Shown: positions 16,101 to 26,409, counted from the first letter of the stretch. The stretch: DNA of 64,000 nt from an uncultured Actinomycetes bacterium (GCA_963766705.1 CAVYBE010000008.1:35281-99280); one strand, 5' to 3'. Numbers and translations: made by a program. Notes: a model not told the origin generated them from the letters alone.

Positions 16101-16490
16101 ATGCCTCTCGCCGCCGTCAACTTCGGGGACCTGCTCCTCCTGGTCTTCGAGGTGTTCCTGTTCGTGGTCTGGATCTGGATCCTGTTCACGATCATCAGCG
16201 ACCTCTTCCGCAACCACGACATGTCGGGTTGGCTGAAGGCGCTGTGGATCCTCCTCCTCGTCTTCATCCCGTACCTGACCGCGCTCGTCTACCTCATCGT
16301 CTACGGATCCGACATGCGCGAACGGCAGCTCCGCGCCCAGGCCGAGGCCAAACACGAAGCCGACGCCTACATCCGCGCCGCGGCGCAGACCTCGCCCGCC
16401 GAAGAACTCCACAAGCTGCACGAACTGGTCGACAAAGGCGCCCTCAGCGAGGACGAGTACCAGCGCGCCAAGGAGAAGCTGCTCTCCTGA
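16101..16490 (+). CDS. small membrane protein with PLD-nuclease-N-like TM region and C-terminal SHOCT domain
   Basis: 129 aa. Two TM helices (LLLLVFEVFLFVVWIWILFTII and ALWILLLVFIPYLTALVYLIV). C-terminal ELHKLHELVDKGALSEDEYQRAKEKLL is typical of SHOCT. Confidence 0.75.
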   Translation: MPLAAVNFGDLLLLVFEVFLFVVWIWILFTIISDLFRNHDMSGWLKALWILLLVFIPYLTALVYLIVYGSDMRERQLRAQAEAKHEADAYIRAAAQTSPAEELHKLHELVDKGALSEDEYQRAKEKLLS

Positions 16491-16533
16491 GGTGACGGGC
16501 GCGCCGGGCGCGCCCGGGTGACGGCGCGCGCCG

Positions 16534-16998
16534 TCAGGAATCCAGGCCGACGCCGCGGAGGCGGCCGAGCAGCGAGCGCAGCTCGGCCCGCTCCGCCTGG
16601 TCGAGGTCGGCGAGGACCTCGGCGTCGATCTCGACCAGCGCCGCGTCGACCTCGGCCAGCACCTCGCGGCCGTGGTCGGTCAGCTCGAGGATGCCGCGGC
16701 GCCGGTCCTCGCGGTCGCGGCGCCGGACGACGAGGTCGCGGTCCTCGAGGTCGTTGAGCAGGCAGACGAGGCTGCTCGGGTCCATACAGAGGCTCTGCGC
16801 CAGGGCCCGCTGGAGGGCGGGGCCGTGGTCGCGCAGGTAGCTGAGCGCGACCAGCTGGCGCTGGCGCAGGCCGCGCGGGCCGAGGGCCGCCTCGAGCCGG
16901 GCACGCACGAGCCTCGCGACCCGGGCGATGAGGACCGCGGCGGGCAGGTCGGTGCCCGACCGAGACCCGTTGGCGTTGGACAGTGATCCTCCGGCCAT
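16534..16998 (-). CDS. MarR family transcriptional regulator
   Basis: Starts at MAGGSLSN (ATG at 16998). Winged-helix region LRQRQLVALSYLRDHGPALQRALAQSLCMDPSSLVCLLNDLEDRDLVVRRRD. Confidence 0.85.
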   Translation of the reverse strand: MAGGSLSNANGSRSGTDLPAAVLIARVARLVRARLEAALGPRGLRQRQLVALSYLRDHGPALQRALAQSLCMDPSSLVCLLNDLEDRDLVVRRRDREDRRRGILELTDHGREVLAEVDAALVEIDAEVLADLDQAERAELRSLLGRLRGVGLDS

Positions 16999-17003
16999 TG
17001 ATC

Positions 17004-17032
17004 GAATACAAGCAAGATAAGGTTTGGTATTC
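17004..17032. promoter_or_regulatory. inverted repeat GAATAC-N17-GTATTC in the AT-rich MarR divergent promoter region
   Basis: gaatacaagcaagataaggtttggtattc lies between the divergent starts at 16998 and 17063. Plausible MarR operator. Confidence 0.4.
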
Positions 17033-17062
17033 ATAAATGATTGGGCAAGAAAGGATCTACAC

Positions 17063-18187
17063 GTGCTGCAGCTCGTAGAGCCCTGCCCTGAGAAGAACGG
17101 GCCGTGCGGCGAGGAGGAGCGAGGGCCCGCGGTCGCCGACCCGTCGAGCTTGCGCGAGGCCCGGCAGACCACCGGGCCGCCGCCGACCCGGACGCTCGTC
17201 GTCCACGGGCTCTTCGCGGTCGGGCTCTCGGCGGCCGCCGCCGCGGCGGTCATCTTTGTCCCCTTCCTGGAGCCGATCCGCGACCGCTTCGCCAGGACCG
17301 AGCCGGGCTGGGTCGCCGCCGCCTTCGTCCTACAGGTGCTCTCGATGCTGAGCTTCGTGGCGGCGCTGCGCGGCGCCTTCGACCGCCGGCTCGGCTGGCG
17401 CGACTCCTTCGACATCGGCGTGGTCGAGGAGAGCGCCAACGTCATGCTGCCGTCCGGCGGCAGCGGCGGCCTGGCGCTCGGCGCGGTGCTGATGATCCGC
17501 TCCGGCATCCCGACCCCCTTCGCGGTCGGCCGCTCCATGGTCCTCTTCCTGGTCACCAGCGGGGTCGGCCTCGTGGCGCTGGTCGTGTTCGGGCTCGGCG
17601 AGGCGGTCGGCGTCCTGCCCGGTCACGCCTCGCTCGCCGCCACCCTGATCCCGGCGCTCGGCGGCGCGCTGGTCATCGCCCTGGCGATCGTCCTCGCCCG
17701 CCGGCTGCCGCGGATCGACCCGGAGGGCGGCGGCCGCGTCCGCCGCGCCCTCGCCGCCACCCAGGGCTCGCTCTCCGGCGCGGTCGACACCAGCCTGGCG
17801 ATGATCGCCCGCGGCGACGCCCTGCTGATCGGCGGGGCGATCGGCTACTTCGCCTTCGACGCCGCCTCGATGGGCGCGTCCTTCGAGGCGCTCGGCGGCG
17901 GCGGCCCGGCGCTCGGCCTCTTCGTCCTCGCCTACGTGATCGGCCACGGCGGCGCGATCGTCCCCGTGCCCGGCAGCGCCGAGGGCGGGCTGGTCGGCGC
18001 CTTCACCCTGTACGGAACCGCGCTGAGCCTCACCGCCGGCGGGGTGCTCGTCTACCGGACGTTCCACGCCGGGGTCCCCTTCCTGCTCGCCGTGCTCGGC
18101 CTCGCCGACCTCGGCCGCCGGCGGCGGGAGCGGGCCCAGGACGGCGCCGCGACCGAGCGTCAGGACCGCGCCGGGCACGTCGCCTGA
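17063..18187 (+). CDS. UPF0104 / lysylphosphatidylglycerol-synthase-TM-region (flippase-like) family membrane protein
   Basis: GTG at 17063 is preceded by agaaagga. The protein is polytopic, with conserved VMLPSGGSGGLALGAVLM and IVPVPGSAEGGLVGAF segments. Confidence 0.7.
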   Translation: MLQLVEPCPEKNGPCGEEERGPAVADPSSLREARQTTGPPPTRTLVVHGLFAVGLSAAAAAAVIFVPFLEPIRDRFARTEPGWVAAAFVLQVLSMLSFVAALRGAFDRRLGWRDSFDIGVVEESANVMLPSGGSGGLALGAVLMIRSGIPTPFAVGRSMVLFLVTSGVGLVALVVFGLGEAVGVLPGHASLAATLIPALGGALVIALAIVLARRLPRIDPEGGGRVRRALAATQGSLSGAVDTSLAMIARGDALLIGGAIGYFAFDAASMGASFEALGGGGPALGLFVLAYVIGHGGAIVPVPGSAEGGLVGAFTLYGTALSLTAGGVLVYRTFHAGVPFLLAVLGLADLGRRRRERAQDGAATERQDRAGHVA

Positions 18188-19392
18188 CCGGCCCGCGCCT
18201 GACGGCCGGGGCGCGGCCGTAGCTCGGTCAGCCAGACCAGCATCGCGGTGAGGGCGAAGGCGCCCCCCACCGCGCACGTCGCGAGCCAGCCGCCCGCGCT
18301 CCAGGCGACCGAGCCGGCCGCCGAGCCGATCGCCCCGCCGACGAAGTTCGAGGTCACGTAGGCGGTGGTGACGCGGCCGGTCGTCTCCCGGCCGAGGGCG
18401 TAGATCGCGCCCTGGCTCAGCACGTTCTGACCCTGGACGCCGAAGTCGAGCAGCGCCAGGCCGGCCAGGATCGCCGGCACGCTGTGGCGGCCGAGGACGA
18501 AGACCGGCCAGCTGAGGAGCACCGCGGCGAGCACCGCGCCGGTGGCGACGCGGCCGAGGCCGCGGTCGTGGAGGCGCCCCATGCGCATCGCCGCGACCGC
18601 GCCGGCGAGGCCGGCGAGTCCGAACAGCCCGATCTCCGCCTCGCCGAGGTTGAACGGCGGGTCGGAGAGCAGGAAGGAGAGCGTCGTCCAGACGAGGCTG
18701 AAACCGGCGAAGCCACAGGCGCCGTAGACCATGCGCCGGCGCAGCACCGCCTCGCGGCGGATGAGCGCGGCGACGCTGCCGAGCAGCCGGCCGTAGGAGA
18801 GCGTCGCCGAGGGCGGGCGCCGCGGCATCGCCCGCCAGAGAGCGAGCGCGAGCAACGCCATCGCCAGCGCCGCGATCGCGAAGACGGTGCGCCAGCCGGC
18901 GATCCCGGCGATCAGCCCGGAGAAGGTGCGGGCGAGCAGGACGCCGGTCAGCAGGCCGCTCATCACCAGGCCGACGACGTGGCCGCGTTCGCGGTCGGGG
19001 GCCAGCGTGCTGGCGAAGGGGATGAGGATCTGGGCGACGACCGAGGTCGCCGCGGCCGCGCCGATCGCCAGCGCGAGGACGGCGAACCCCGGTGCCGCGG
19101 CGGCGCCGAGCAGCGCGACGCAGCTGATCGCGAGCAGCACGACGACCAGCTTGCGGCGGTCGACGAGGTCGCTCAGCGGCGCGAGGAAGACGAGACCGAG
19201 GCCGTAGAACACCTGCGAGACGGTGACCAGCAGCCCCGCGGTCCCATCGGAGACGCCGAAGTGCGCGCCGATCGCGGAAAGCAGCGGCTGGGCGTAGTAG
19301 AGATTGGCCACCGTGGCCCCGCAGCCGACCGCGAGCAGCGCGACGAGCTTGCGATCGATCGGCGGGATGGCGTCGTCGGACACCCGCCCCAA
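18160..19392 (-). CDS. MFS transporter
   Basis: 410 aa, 12-TM-like. Pattern: LSDLVDRRKL after TM2. Confidence 0.8.
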   Translation of the reverse strand: MGRVSDDAIPPIDRKLVALLAVGCGATVANLYYAQPLLSAIGAHFGVSDGTAGLLVTVSQVFYGLGLVFLAPLSDLVDRRKLVVVLLAISCVALLGAAAAPGFAVLALAIGAAAATSVVAQILIPFASTLAPDRERGHVVGLVMSGLLTGVLLARTFSGLIAGIAGWRTVFAIAALAMALLALALWRAMPRRPPSATLSYGRLLGSVAALIRREAVLRRRMVYGACGFAGFSLVWTTLSFLLSDPPFNLGEAEIGLFGLAGLAGAVAAMRMGRLHDRGLGRVATGAVLAAVLLSWPVFVLGRHSVPAILAGLALLDFGVQGQNVLSQGAIYALGRETTGRVTTAYVTSNFVGGAIGSAAGSVAWSAGGWLATCAVGGAFALTAMLVWLTELRPRPGRQARAGQATCPARS

Positions 19393-19428
19393 CCTACGCG
19401 CCGCGGCCTGCCGCCACCATCGAGTTGC

Positions 19429-20415
19429 TCACACAGGCGGGGTGTCCTCGCGGGCCGGCGGGGCGCCGGGGGCCGCGGCGGGGCGCCCGCGCACGGGCAG
19501 GGCGGCGACGGCCGCGCCATGCGGGTCCCCGTCCGGGACCCAGGTCTCGCCCGGCGGCCGGGTCAGCAGGCCGCTGTCGGCGGCGAGGCCGACGGCCCCC
19601 GCGCGCAGCGCCTCGATCGGCGCGCGCGAGTCGTCGGCGCGGGTGACCAGCGACCAGTTCCAGAGCGGCGCCGGGTGGGCGACCGGCAGCTCGCGGAGCG
19701 CCGCCGGCAGGCTCGCCGTGTGGCGTTTCGGCGAGGCGAGGACCGGCGCCCGCAGGCGCAGGCAGTGCGCGAAGAAACCGCTCCCGGCGATGCCCCCGTC
19801 GTCGATCGTGACCAGCCGCGCCGAGCCGGCGGCGGCAAAGGCCGCGGCGAAGCGGTTCCAGGCGTCCCAGGAGGTGAGATCGGCGTCTACCAGGACACGC
19901 AGGTCGAGCGCCGGGACCGCCTCCCCCCTGGCCCCCGCCGGCGCCACCGCCGGCAGCGGCTCCGGATGGAGCAGGCGCAGGTCGAGCGCCGGGTCGGGCT
20001 CGCCGCACCAGGCGATCGCGGCGTCCAGGCGCTCTTCGAGGACCCGCCGCACCTGGACGTGGCTGGGCATCACCCACTCGTCCACCCGCAGGTCGGCGCC
20101 GACCGACGCGAGCAGGCGGTCCGGGAGCCAGCTGACGTAGCCGACCCGCAGCGGTCCCTCGGCCCCGGCGACGCGGCCCTTGATCGCGTCGGCCCGGGAG
20201 AGGAGGTCGCGGGCCTCGGGCAGCAGCCGGCGACCGGCCGCGGTGAGGGCGACGTGGCGGCGGTCGCGGACCAGGAGCTGCGCGCCCATTTCGGCCTCCA
20301 GCTTGCTGATCTGCTGGGAGAGCGAGGGGGCGGCGATCCGCAGGCGGGCGGCGGCGCGGCCGAAGTGCAGCTCCTCGGCGACGGCGACGAAGTAGCGGAG
20401 CCGGCGGAGGTCCAT
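19429..20415 (-). CDS. LysR family transcriptional regulator
   Basis: Starts at [40 protein letters not shown] (ATG at 20415). Confidence 0.9.
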   Translation of the reverse strand: MDLRRLRYFVAVAEELHFGRAAARLRIAAPSLSQQISKLEAEMGAQLLVRDRRHVALTAAGRRLLPEARDLLSRADAIKGRVAGAEGPLRVGYVSWLPDRLLASVGADLRVDEWVMPSHVQVRRVLEERLDAAIAWCGEPDPALDLRLLHPEPLPAVAPAGARGEAVPALDLRVLVDADLTSWDAWNRFAAAFAAAGSARLVTIDDGGIAGSGFFAHCLRLRAPVLASPKRHTASLPAALRELPVAHPAPLWNWSLVTRADDSRAPIEALRAGAVGLAADSGLLTRPPGETWVPDGDPHGAAVAALPVRGRPAAAPGAPPAREDTPPV

Positions 20416-20434
20416 CGCCGCGATCCTACGCCGT

Positions 20435-20451
20435 GTTAGGCAGCGCCTAAC
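20435..20451. promoter_or_regulatory. LysR-type T-N11-A box (GTTAGG-N5-CCTAAC)
   Basis: Perfect 6-bp inverted repeat gttaggcagcgcctaac, 20 nt upstream of the LysR start and between the divergent LysR and MFS genes. Confidence 0.5.
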
Positions 20452-20506
20452 AGAGGTAAGCCGCTGGTCGTGGACTCGCGCGGGCCGACCCGCGACGATT
20501 CCCGCC

Positions 20507-21883
20507 ATGAGCGACGCCCTCCTCATCGCGGCCCCGACCGCCGAACCGCGGCCGAGCCGCGCGGCGCGACGGATCGGGCTGGCGGCGATCTGCCTCGGCT
20601 TCCTGATGATCACGATCGACGCGACGATCGTGAACGTCGCCCTCGGCCCGATCGTCACCGACCTCGGCGGCTCGCTGGCGGGCGCCCAGTGGGTAGTCAG
20701 CGCCTACACCCTGGCCTTCGCCACCTTCCTGCTCAGCGCCGGCGCCTGGTCGGACCGGATCGGCTCGCGGCTCGCCTACCTGATCGGCCTGGCGCTGTTC
20801 GGCCTCGGCAGCGCCGCCTGCGCCGCGGCGCCGACGATGGGGGCGCTGATCGCCGCGCGGGTCGGCCAGGGGCTCGGCGCGGCGGTGCTGATGCCCTGCT
20901 CGCTGGCGCTGATCACCCACATCTTCCCGGCAGGCGCGGAGCGCCGCTCGGCCCTCGCCGCCTGGGGCGGCATCTCCGGCATCGGCATGGCCGCCGGGCC
21001 GATCCTCGGCGGCGTGCTGACCGACTCGATCGGCTGGCGGGCGATCTTCGTCGTCAACCTGCCGATCGCGGCGCTCGCCGCGGTCGGAGTCATCGCCCGC
21101 GTCGCCGAGACGCCGCGCCACCGCCACCCCTTCGACCTGCCGGGACAGATGCTGGTGATCACCGCCCTGGCGGCCGTCAGCGGCGGCTTCATCCTGGCTG
21201 GGGAGCTCGGCTGGACGGCCGCGGGGACGGTTTCGCTGCTGGCGCTCGGAGCGGTCGCGGCGGTGGCCTTCTGGCGGGTCGAGCGCCGCGTGGCGCTGCC
21301 GATGCTGCCGCCCGAGCTCTTCCGCAACCGTCGCTTCTCGCTCGTCGTCGCGGTCGCGGCGCTGTTCAACCTCTGCCTCTATGGCAGCCTCTTCTGCTTC
21401 ACCCTCTTCATCCACCTGAGGCTCGGCCTCTCGCCGCTGGACACCGGGCTCGCCCTGGTGCCGATGGCGCTGGTGCTGATGGTGTGCGCCTTCGGCTCGA
21501 GCCGCGTGATCGCGGCGCTCGGCGAGTGGGGCGCCATGCTTCTCGGCCTCGGCAGCGGGGCGCTCGCGGCCGCGCTCCTGGCGACCGTCGGCGGGCACTC
21601 GAGCGCCGCCGCGATCCTCTCCGCACTCCCCCTCGGCGGCGTCTCCCTGGCGATGCCGGCGATGACCGCCCTGGCCATGGCCGAGGCCCCGGCGCGCCGC
21701 ATCGGCCTCGCCTCCGGCGTCCAGAACGCCGCCCGCCAGGCGGGCGGCGCCCTCGGCGTCGCCCTGCTCGGCACCCTGCTCGCGGCAACCGGGCCGCTCT
21801 CGATGGGGATTCCCCTCGCCGTGGTGGCGGCGCTCTACCTCGCCCAGGTCGGCCTGACGCTGCTCGGGCGCGCGGCGACGTAG
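20507..21883 (+). CDS. MFS transporter, DHA2/EmrB-like drug:H+ antiporter
   Basis: 458 aa. Pattern: [64 protein letters not shown]. Confidence 0.85.
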   Translation: MSDALLIAAPTAEPRPSRAARRIGLAAICLGFLMITIDATIVNVALGPIVTDLGGSLAGAQWVVSAYTLAFATFLLSAGAWSDRIGSRLAYLIGLALFGLGSAACAAAPTMGALIAARVGQGLGAAVLMPCSLALITHIFPAGAERRSALAAWGGISGIGMAAGPILGGVLTDSIGWRAIFVVNLPIAALAAVGVIARVAETPRHRHPFDLPGQMLVITALAAVSGGFILAGELGWTAAGTVSLLALGAVAAVAFWRVERRVALPMLPPELFRNRRFSLVVAVAALFNLCLYGSLFCFTLFIHLRLGLSPLDTGLALVPMALVLMVCAFGSSRVIAALGEWGAMLLGLGSGALAAALLATVGGHSSAAAILSALPLGGVSLAMPAMTALAMAEAPARRIGLASGVQNAARQAGGALGVALLGTLLAATGPLSMGIPLAVVAALYLAQVGLTLLGRAAT

Positions 21884-21903
21884 GGAAGGGTCATCATCGT
21901 GGC

Positions 21904-22650
21904 GTGGCCGACGCGAGCCCACCGATCCGATCGACGCACGATCACGCCGGCGACCGCGGGCACTCCCACGCCCACGGCGGCGACCACGGGCACAGCCACG
22001 GGCTGGTCGCGGCCTCGATCAAGCGCTCGCGGGCCGGGCTGCGGGCGGTCCTGGCGAGCCTGCTGATCCTCGGGCTGACCGCGGCGCTGCAGCTGGTCGT
22101 CTTCGTCCTCTCGGGCTCGGTCGCCCTGCTCGCCGACCTGATCCACAACTTCGGCGACGCGCTGACCGCGGTGCCGCTCGGCGCGGCCTTCCTGCTGCGC
22201 TCCTTCCGGGCCGAGAAGTACGCGGGCTACTTCGTCGTCGCGACGATCTTCGTCAGCGCCTGCGTCGCCTTCGGCGAGTCGGTCGATCGACTCCTCAACC
22301 CCCGCCAGCTGTCGCACCTGTGGGCGCTGGCGGGCGCCGGCGCGATCGGCTTCCTCGGCAACGAGGCGGCGGCCTGGGTGCGGCTGCGGGCGGGGCGCCG
22401 CCTCGCCAGCCCGGCGCTGGTCGCCGACGGCTACCACGCCCGCACCGACGGCATCGTCAGCCTCGCCGTGGTCGCCTCGGCGATCCTCGTCGCGCTCGGC
22501 GCCCGGGTCGCCGACCCGCTGATCGGGATGCTCGTCACCGCCGTGATCCTGCGGATCACCTGGCAGTCCTGGCTGACCGTCCGCGCCGACCCGGGCGCGC
22601 CGGCCGCCGAGCCCCTGCCCGAGAACCATGACCACGCGCACGACGGCTGA
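21904..22650 (+). CDS. cation diffusion facilitator family transporter (short form, His-rich termini)
   Basis: GTG at 21904 follows ggaaggg. His-rich N-terminus HDHAGDRGHSHAHGGDHGHSHG. TM2 motif LLADLIHNFGDALT, TM5 motif VADGYHARTDGI. The protein ends about 25 aa after TM6 with ENHDHAHDG. Confidence 0.75.
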   Translation: MADASPPIRSTHDHAGDRGHSHAHGGDHGHSHGLVAASIKRSRAGLRAVLASLLILGLTAALQLVVFVLSGSVALLADLIHNFGDALTAVPLGAAFLLRSFRAEKYAGYFVVATIFVSACVAFGESVDRLLNPRQLSHLWALAGAGAIGFLGNEAAAWVRLRAGRRLASPALVADGYHARTDGIVSLAVVASAILVALGARVADPLIGMLVTAVILRITWQSWLTVRADPGAPAAEPLPENHDHAHDG

Positions 22651-23515
22651 GGACCGGGCGGTCGAGGAGCTGCGCCGGCTGTGCCTGCGGGCGCCGAGTC
22701 GCACGGCCAACGCGAGCCGCAACGCCCGGGCGGAGGTGGGACGGCGCAGGCGCTGGGCGCCTGCCCGGGACGCGCTCTGGGCGTTCCTCGCGCCGGCCCT
22801 CGCCGACGGCGCCCGGGTGGCGGTCGTCGGGGTCGGCAACGGCGACGACCTGCCGCTGCGGCGGATCGCCCGCCGCGCCGGCGCGGTCACCCTGATCGAC
22901 ATCGACCCGGGCGCGGCGCGCGAGGCGCGGCTGCGCCTCGGCCGGGAGGAGCGGCGGAAGGTGAGGGTCGTCGGCCACGACGTGACCGGGGGCGCCGCCG
23001 ACCGCGTCGCGCTCGCCGCGCTGGGCGGCGAACCGGATCCTCCCTCGCCCGCGGCGCCGACCGACCCGCTCCCCGGCGCGCCCTACGACCTCGCGATCGG
23101 CGACCTCCTCTACAGCCAACTGCTCTACCCCGCCCTGGTCGACCTCGGGATCGACGGCCGGCGTCGCGCCGCCGCGCTGGGGCGCCACGCCGCGCCGCTG
23201 ACCGCGGCGCTGGTCGCCCGCCTGCACGCCTCGGCGGCGCGCGTGGTCCACCTCCACGACCCGCTGGCCTGGTGGGACGGCCACCCCCAGCCGGTCGCGC
23301 TCGCCGACGTCCTCGCCGCCGCCGCTACCGATCCGCGGGCCGCCCTGGCGCTCGCCGCCCACGGCAGCGGCCCGCACGAGAGCGACCCCCGCGGCGCGCT
23401 CGCGCCACGGGGGTCCTCCCCCACGGCCACCGCGCTGTGGCGGTGGCCGTTCTCCTCAGGTGTGGACTACCTCGTCTGCGCGACCCTCGTCGCGCCGGCG
23501 CTCAGTGGCCCTTAG
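22628..23515 (+). CDS. hypothetical protein, Rossmann-like (possible methyltransferase/aminopropyltransferase fold)
   Basis: 295 aa. Motifs: RVAVVGVGNGDDL and TLIDIDPGA. Overlaps the CDF 3' end by 23 nt. The frame choice over the competing 22681-23640 ORF rests on composition only. Confidence 0.45.
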   Translation: MTTRTTAEDRAVEELRRLCLRAPSRTANASRNARAEVGRRRRWAPARDALWAFLAPALADGARVAVVGVGNGDDLPLRRIARRAGAVTLIDIDPGAAREARLRLGREERRKVRVVGHDVTGGAADRVALAALGGEPDPPSPAAPTDPLPGAPYDLAIGDLLYSQLLYPALVDLGIDGRRRAAALGRHAAPLTAALVARLHASAARVVHLHDPLAWWDGHPQPVALADVLAAAATDPRAALALAAHGSGPHESDPRGALAPRGSSPTATALWRWPFSSGVDYLVCATLVAPALSGP

Positions 23516-24296
23516 GACGACAAGTGCGCACGATTTCCGTGCTCGCCTTGGTGCCGTCTTCGAAGAACGCCTTGACGTGGACGCGGAACTTGCCGTCGGC
23601 GCACTGCGCCGTGAACGCCCGCGTCTTGTGGTGCCGATAGCGGAACCACTTGTTGATCTTCAGGTTGAACGACGTGATCGAGCCGCTGCCGCCGGTGATC
23701 TGCGGGATGCGGGCTTCGGCGAGCCAGCCGAACCGACCGCGGTGGATCTTCTTGAACGTCACCGTGGTGACGATCGCGCCGCTGATCGGCGTGGAGAAGT
23801 AGGCGTGGATGAACATCTTCACCTTGCCGTGGTGGTCGCCGCCGTTGAAGACGAGCAGCTTCGAGGGCACGTCGATCGGCTGCTGTTCGGCGAAGGCGAC
23901 CTGGGCGGTCGTCTTGCCGGTGCCGATCAGCGCCTTCCCGCAGGCGCGCATCGCCGCCTTGGTGTCGGTCGCCTGCAGCTGCCCGGAGCGGCAGACCGGC
24001 AGGCCCTTGGTGCTCACCATCGCGTGCTTGTCGATTTCCAGCAGCACCCGACGGGCTGCGGGCGGGTGGCTTCCGTCGGCCTCTTCGACCTTCCCGGCGG
24101 CCGTCACCCCGACCGGCGCGAACCGGTGCTTCGGCAGCGCCCTCGGGAAGAAGCTGCCGTTCGCGGTCAGCTCCAGTTCGCCGACCCTCACGGTGACGGG
24201 TCCTTCGCCGTTGCCCTTGGCCGCGGTTGCGGTACCGACGATCGAGACGGCGAGCAGCGCCGCCATGGCAGCCGCCAGTGGCAGGAACCTGCGCAT
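23502..24296 (-). CDS. secreted hypothetical protein
   Basis: 264 aa. Signal peptide MRRFLPLAAAMAALLAVSIVGTATAA. Lys-rich and locally lower in GC than its neighbours. No family recognised. Confidence 0.65.
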   Translation of the reverse strand: MRRFLPLAAAMAALLAVSIVGTATAAKGNGEGPVTVRVGELELTANGSFFPRALPKHRFAPVGVTAAGKVEEADGSHPPAARRVLLEIDKHAMVSTKGLPVCRSGQLQATDTKAAMRACGKALIGTGKTTAQVAFAEQQPIDVPSKLLVFNGGDHHGKVKMFIHAYFSTPISGAIVTTVTFKKIHRGRFGWLAEARIPQITGGSGSITSFNLKINKWFRYRHHKTRAFTAQCADGKFRVHVKAFFEDGTKASTEIVRTCRPKGH

Positions 24297-24506
24297 CGGT
24301 GAATCCCTCCTTGGCGAGCCGACGGCACGTCCGGAGGCGTCGGCCCAAAAGCTTTGCGCGGCGCTCGGGGTTCCCGGCCACCGCTGCCTCCTGGTTTCCT
24401 GCTACCCGGAACACGCCGGAACCATCGTTGCTGCTGATCGAATTCTGACTTCGGCCGCCGATGCGCCGATTTGCAGGGGGTTCTGGAGGCGAGCCGGGCA
24501 GGTTGC

Positions 24507-24544
24507 CCGCCCGCCGCGGCGGGCGGCCGCCGCGGGCCGCCCGC
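24507..24544 (-). terminator. GC-rich overlapping hairpins downstream of the metallophosphoesterase stop
   Basis: ccgcccgc-cgcg-gcgggcgg (24507-24526) and gcgggcggcc-gccgcg-ggccgcccgc (24519-24544) share one arm. The second starts 18 nt after the stop at 24562. There is no U-tract. Confidence 0.35.
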
Positions 24545-24561
24545 CGTCCGGAGCTTCGCCG

Positions 24562-25839
24562 CTAGCGGTAGCTCGGACCGCCGCCGTGATGGGACCAACC
24601 GCCACCGTGCGGGGACCAGCCGCCGCTGTTGCAGCGGCCGGCGCCCTTGTCGCTGTAGCTCGCCGGGGTTTCGGCCGGCGCTTCCGGGCTCCGCATCGCC
24701 GACTCGTAATCCCAGGCGTAGCCGTCCGGCAGCAGCGAGAGCTTCATCGCGCCCCAGTACTGATCGGACCAGGCTTCGAGGTTCGGCGTGGCGGGGTTGA
24801 CTTCGTCGAGCCCCTCGCCGCCGGTGCCGACGATGAACTCGCGAATGCCGTGACGCGGGTCCGGTTCCCCGGCCGGGTTCATCGGCGCGAACCGCGAGTA
24901 CACGTGGTCGTGCCCGTTGAGGATCAGCGTCGCGTGGTGGGCGTAGAGCAGCTTCCACCAGGCGTCGGTGACTTCGCCCTCCGCGCTGTCGGCGGTGAAC
25001 GGTTCGGAGGTGGAGCTGAACGTCGGCTGGTGCCAGTAGGCCAGCGTGCACGGGTCGTGGTTTTGGTTCAGGTCTTCTTCCAGCCACTTCGTCTCGCTCG
25101 CGAACCATTCGCCTTCGGTCGTGCAGCCGCCCGGCTGCACGGCGCACTCGGCGTTCAGCGAGATGATGTGCCAGTTGCCGAGGTCGTAGGAGTACCAGCC
25201 GTTGCCGTCTTCGCCGTAGCTGCCGGCCTGGCCGTTCTGACGGGGCTTCGGCTGGGTGAAGGAGCCGCTGCCGCTTTCGGATGCGATCGTTTCTTCGACC
25301 GGCGTGCCGTCGGCGTTCAGTTCGGCGCCGTTGTAGTAGTCGAAGTAGCCGCGGCCGTGGACCCCGGTCTGGCCGTGCTCGGAGTAGAACTCGTGATTGC
25401 CGGGTGAGGGGCGCTGCAGGAACTTGAACGCGCCGTAGGTCTTGTCGAAGGAGCCGAGGAAGTCTTCGTAGCGGCCCACCTCGTACTGCTCGTCGCCGAG
25501 GATCGCCACCAGGTTCGGCTTCATTTCCTCGATCTGGTTGGCGGTCGCGGTCTGCGCTTCCATCCGGGTCGTATAGCCGGCACCGGTCTTGTCGCAGACG
25601 TCCTTCTGCTTCTCGCCTTCCACCGGCGCGCCCGGCTGGCAGGAGATGTCGCCGACCGTGGCCAGCACCGGCACCGGTCCCGTCTGCGCGTAGGGCCACT
25701 GGTTGTCGCCGCCGCCCGACCAGAAATGACCCTCGGCCAGCACGGTGCCGCTCAACGCGGCGAGCGCCGCCACGACGACCGCCACGCCGATCCCGAGCCT
25801 GCGCGAGAGCCGCGGCCTCCTCATCTGCACCTTCTTCAT
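24562..25839 (-). CDS. secreted calcineurin-like metallophosphoesterase
   Basis: Starts at MKKVQMRRPRLSRRLGIGVAVVVAALAALSG (ATG at 25839, RBS aaaggaag). Motifs: ILGDEQY, GNHEF, NGHDHVY. C-terminal Gly/Trp/His tail GGWSPHGGGWSHHGGG. Confidence 0.8.
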   Translation of the reverse strand: MKKVQMRRPRLSRRLGIGVAVVVAALAALSGTVLAEGHFWSGGGDNQWPYAQTGPVPVLATVGDISCQPGAPVEGEKQKDVCDKTGAGYTTRMEAQTATANQIEEMKPNLVAILGDEQYEVGRYEDFLGSFDKTYGAFKFLQRPSPGNHEFYSEHGQTGVHGRGYFDYYNGAELNADGTPVEETIASESGSGSFTQPKPRQNGQAGSYGEDGNGWYSYDLGNWHIISLNAECAVQPGGCTTEGEWFASETKWLEEDLNQNHDPCTLAYWHQPTFSSTSEPFTADSAEGEVTDAWWKLLYAHHATLILNGHDHVYSRFAPMNPAGEPDPRHGIREFIVGTGGEGLDEVNPATPNLEAWSDQYWGAMKLSLLPDGYAWDYESAMRSPEAPAETPASYSDKGAGRCNSGGWSPHGGGWSHHGGGPSYR

Positions 25840-26019
25840 CGTCTTCCTTTCCGTTGTGGGGGAGAAGCGCGACGAACGTAGGCCGGGACCACCGGCAGCC
25901 CCGTTAATCACCTGGGACAAACCTGTGAATAGGCCGAGAATTAGAGCCTGATTAGTTGTTGAGCCTCTCGGGCTGAAACGTTCCTGGGCGGGGCCGCCCT
26001 TCGATACCTTGCAGCGACC

Positions 26020-26409
26020 GTGGAGCGAGAGAAGGACATCGTCCGCCGCTTCTACCGCGAGGCGATCGTCGGGCGCGACCCCTCCGCCTGCGAGCGGCTG
26101 CTCGGCACGGGCTTCGTCCACAACGGGGAGCCGCGCGGGCAGGCGGGCCAGCGCCAGGCGGTCGAGTACTTTCTCGGCGCCTTCCCCGACCTCGACCACC
26201 GGATCGAGATCATCCTCGCGGAGGGCGACCTCGTCGCCGCCCACCAGCGGTGGTCGGGCACCCACCGGGGCGAGTTCCTCGGCGTCGCCCCGACGGGCCG
26301 GCGGGTCGAGTTCACCTCGACCGCCATCCTGCGGGTAGAGGGCGCGGTGATCGTCGAGGCCTGGGACGAGCTCGACACCGGCGCGATCGTTGCCTCGCTC
26401 ACCTCCTGA
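26020..26409 (+). CDS. SnoaL-like / ester cyclase family protein
   Basis: 129 aa. Pattern: IVRRFYREAIVGRD, FVHNGE, FPDLDHRIEIILAEGDLVAAH, GTHRGEFLGVAPTGRRVEF. Confidence 0.7.
   Translation: MEREKDIVRRFYREAIVGRDPSACERLLGTGFVHNGEPRGQAGQRQAVEYFLGAFPDLDHRIEIILAEGDLVAAHQRWSGTHRGEFLGVAPTGRRVEFTSTAILRVEGAVIVEAWDELDTGAIVASLTS

Noticed and set aside
24562-24640. Gly/Trp/His repeat tail (GGWSPHGGGWSHHGGG) of the metallophosphoesterase as a distinct functional element
   Set aside because: It is short and low-complexity, and I have no comparative support. It is noted in the feature evidence only.
25840-26019. PHO-box-like direct repeats upstream of the metallophosphoesterase
   Set aside because: The region is AT-richer and contains loosely periodic cacctg/acctgtg words. 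I cannot match them convincingly to the GTTCACC-type PhoP repeat, so I do not call a site.
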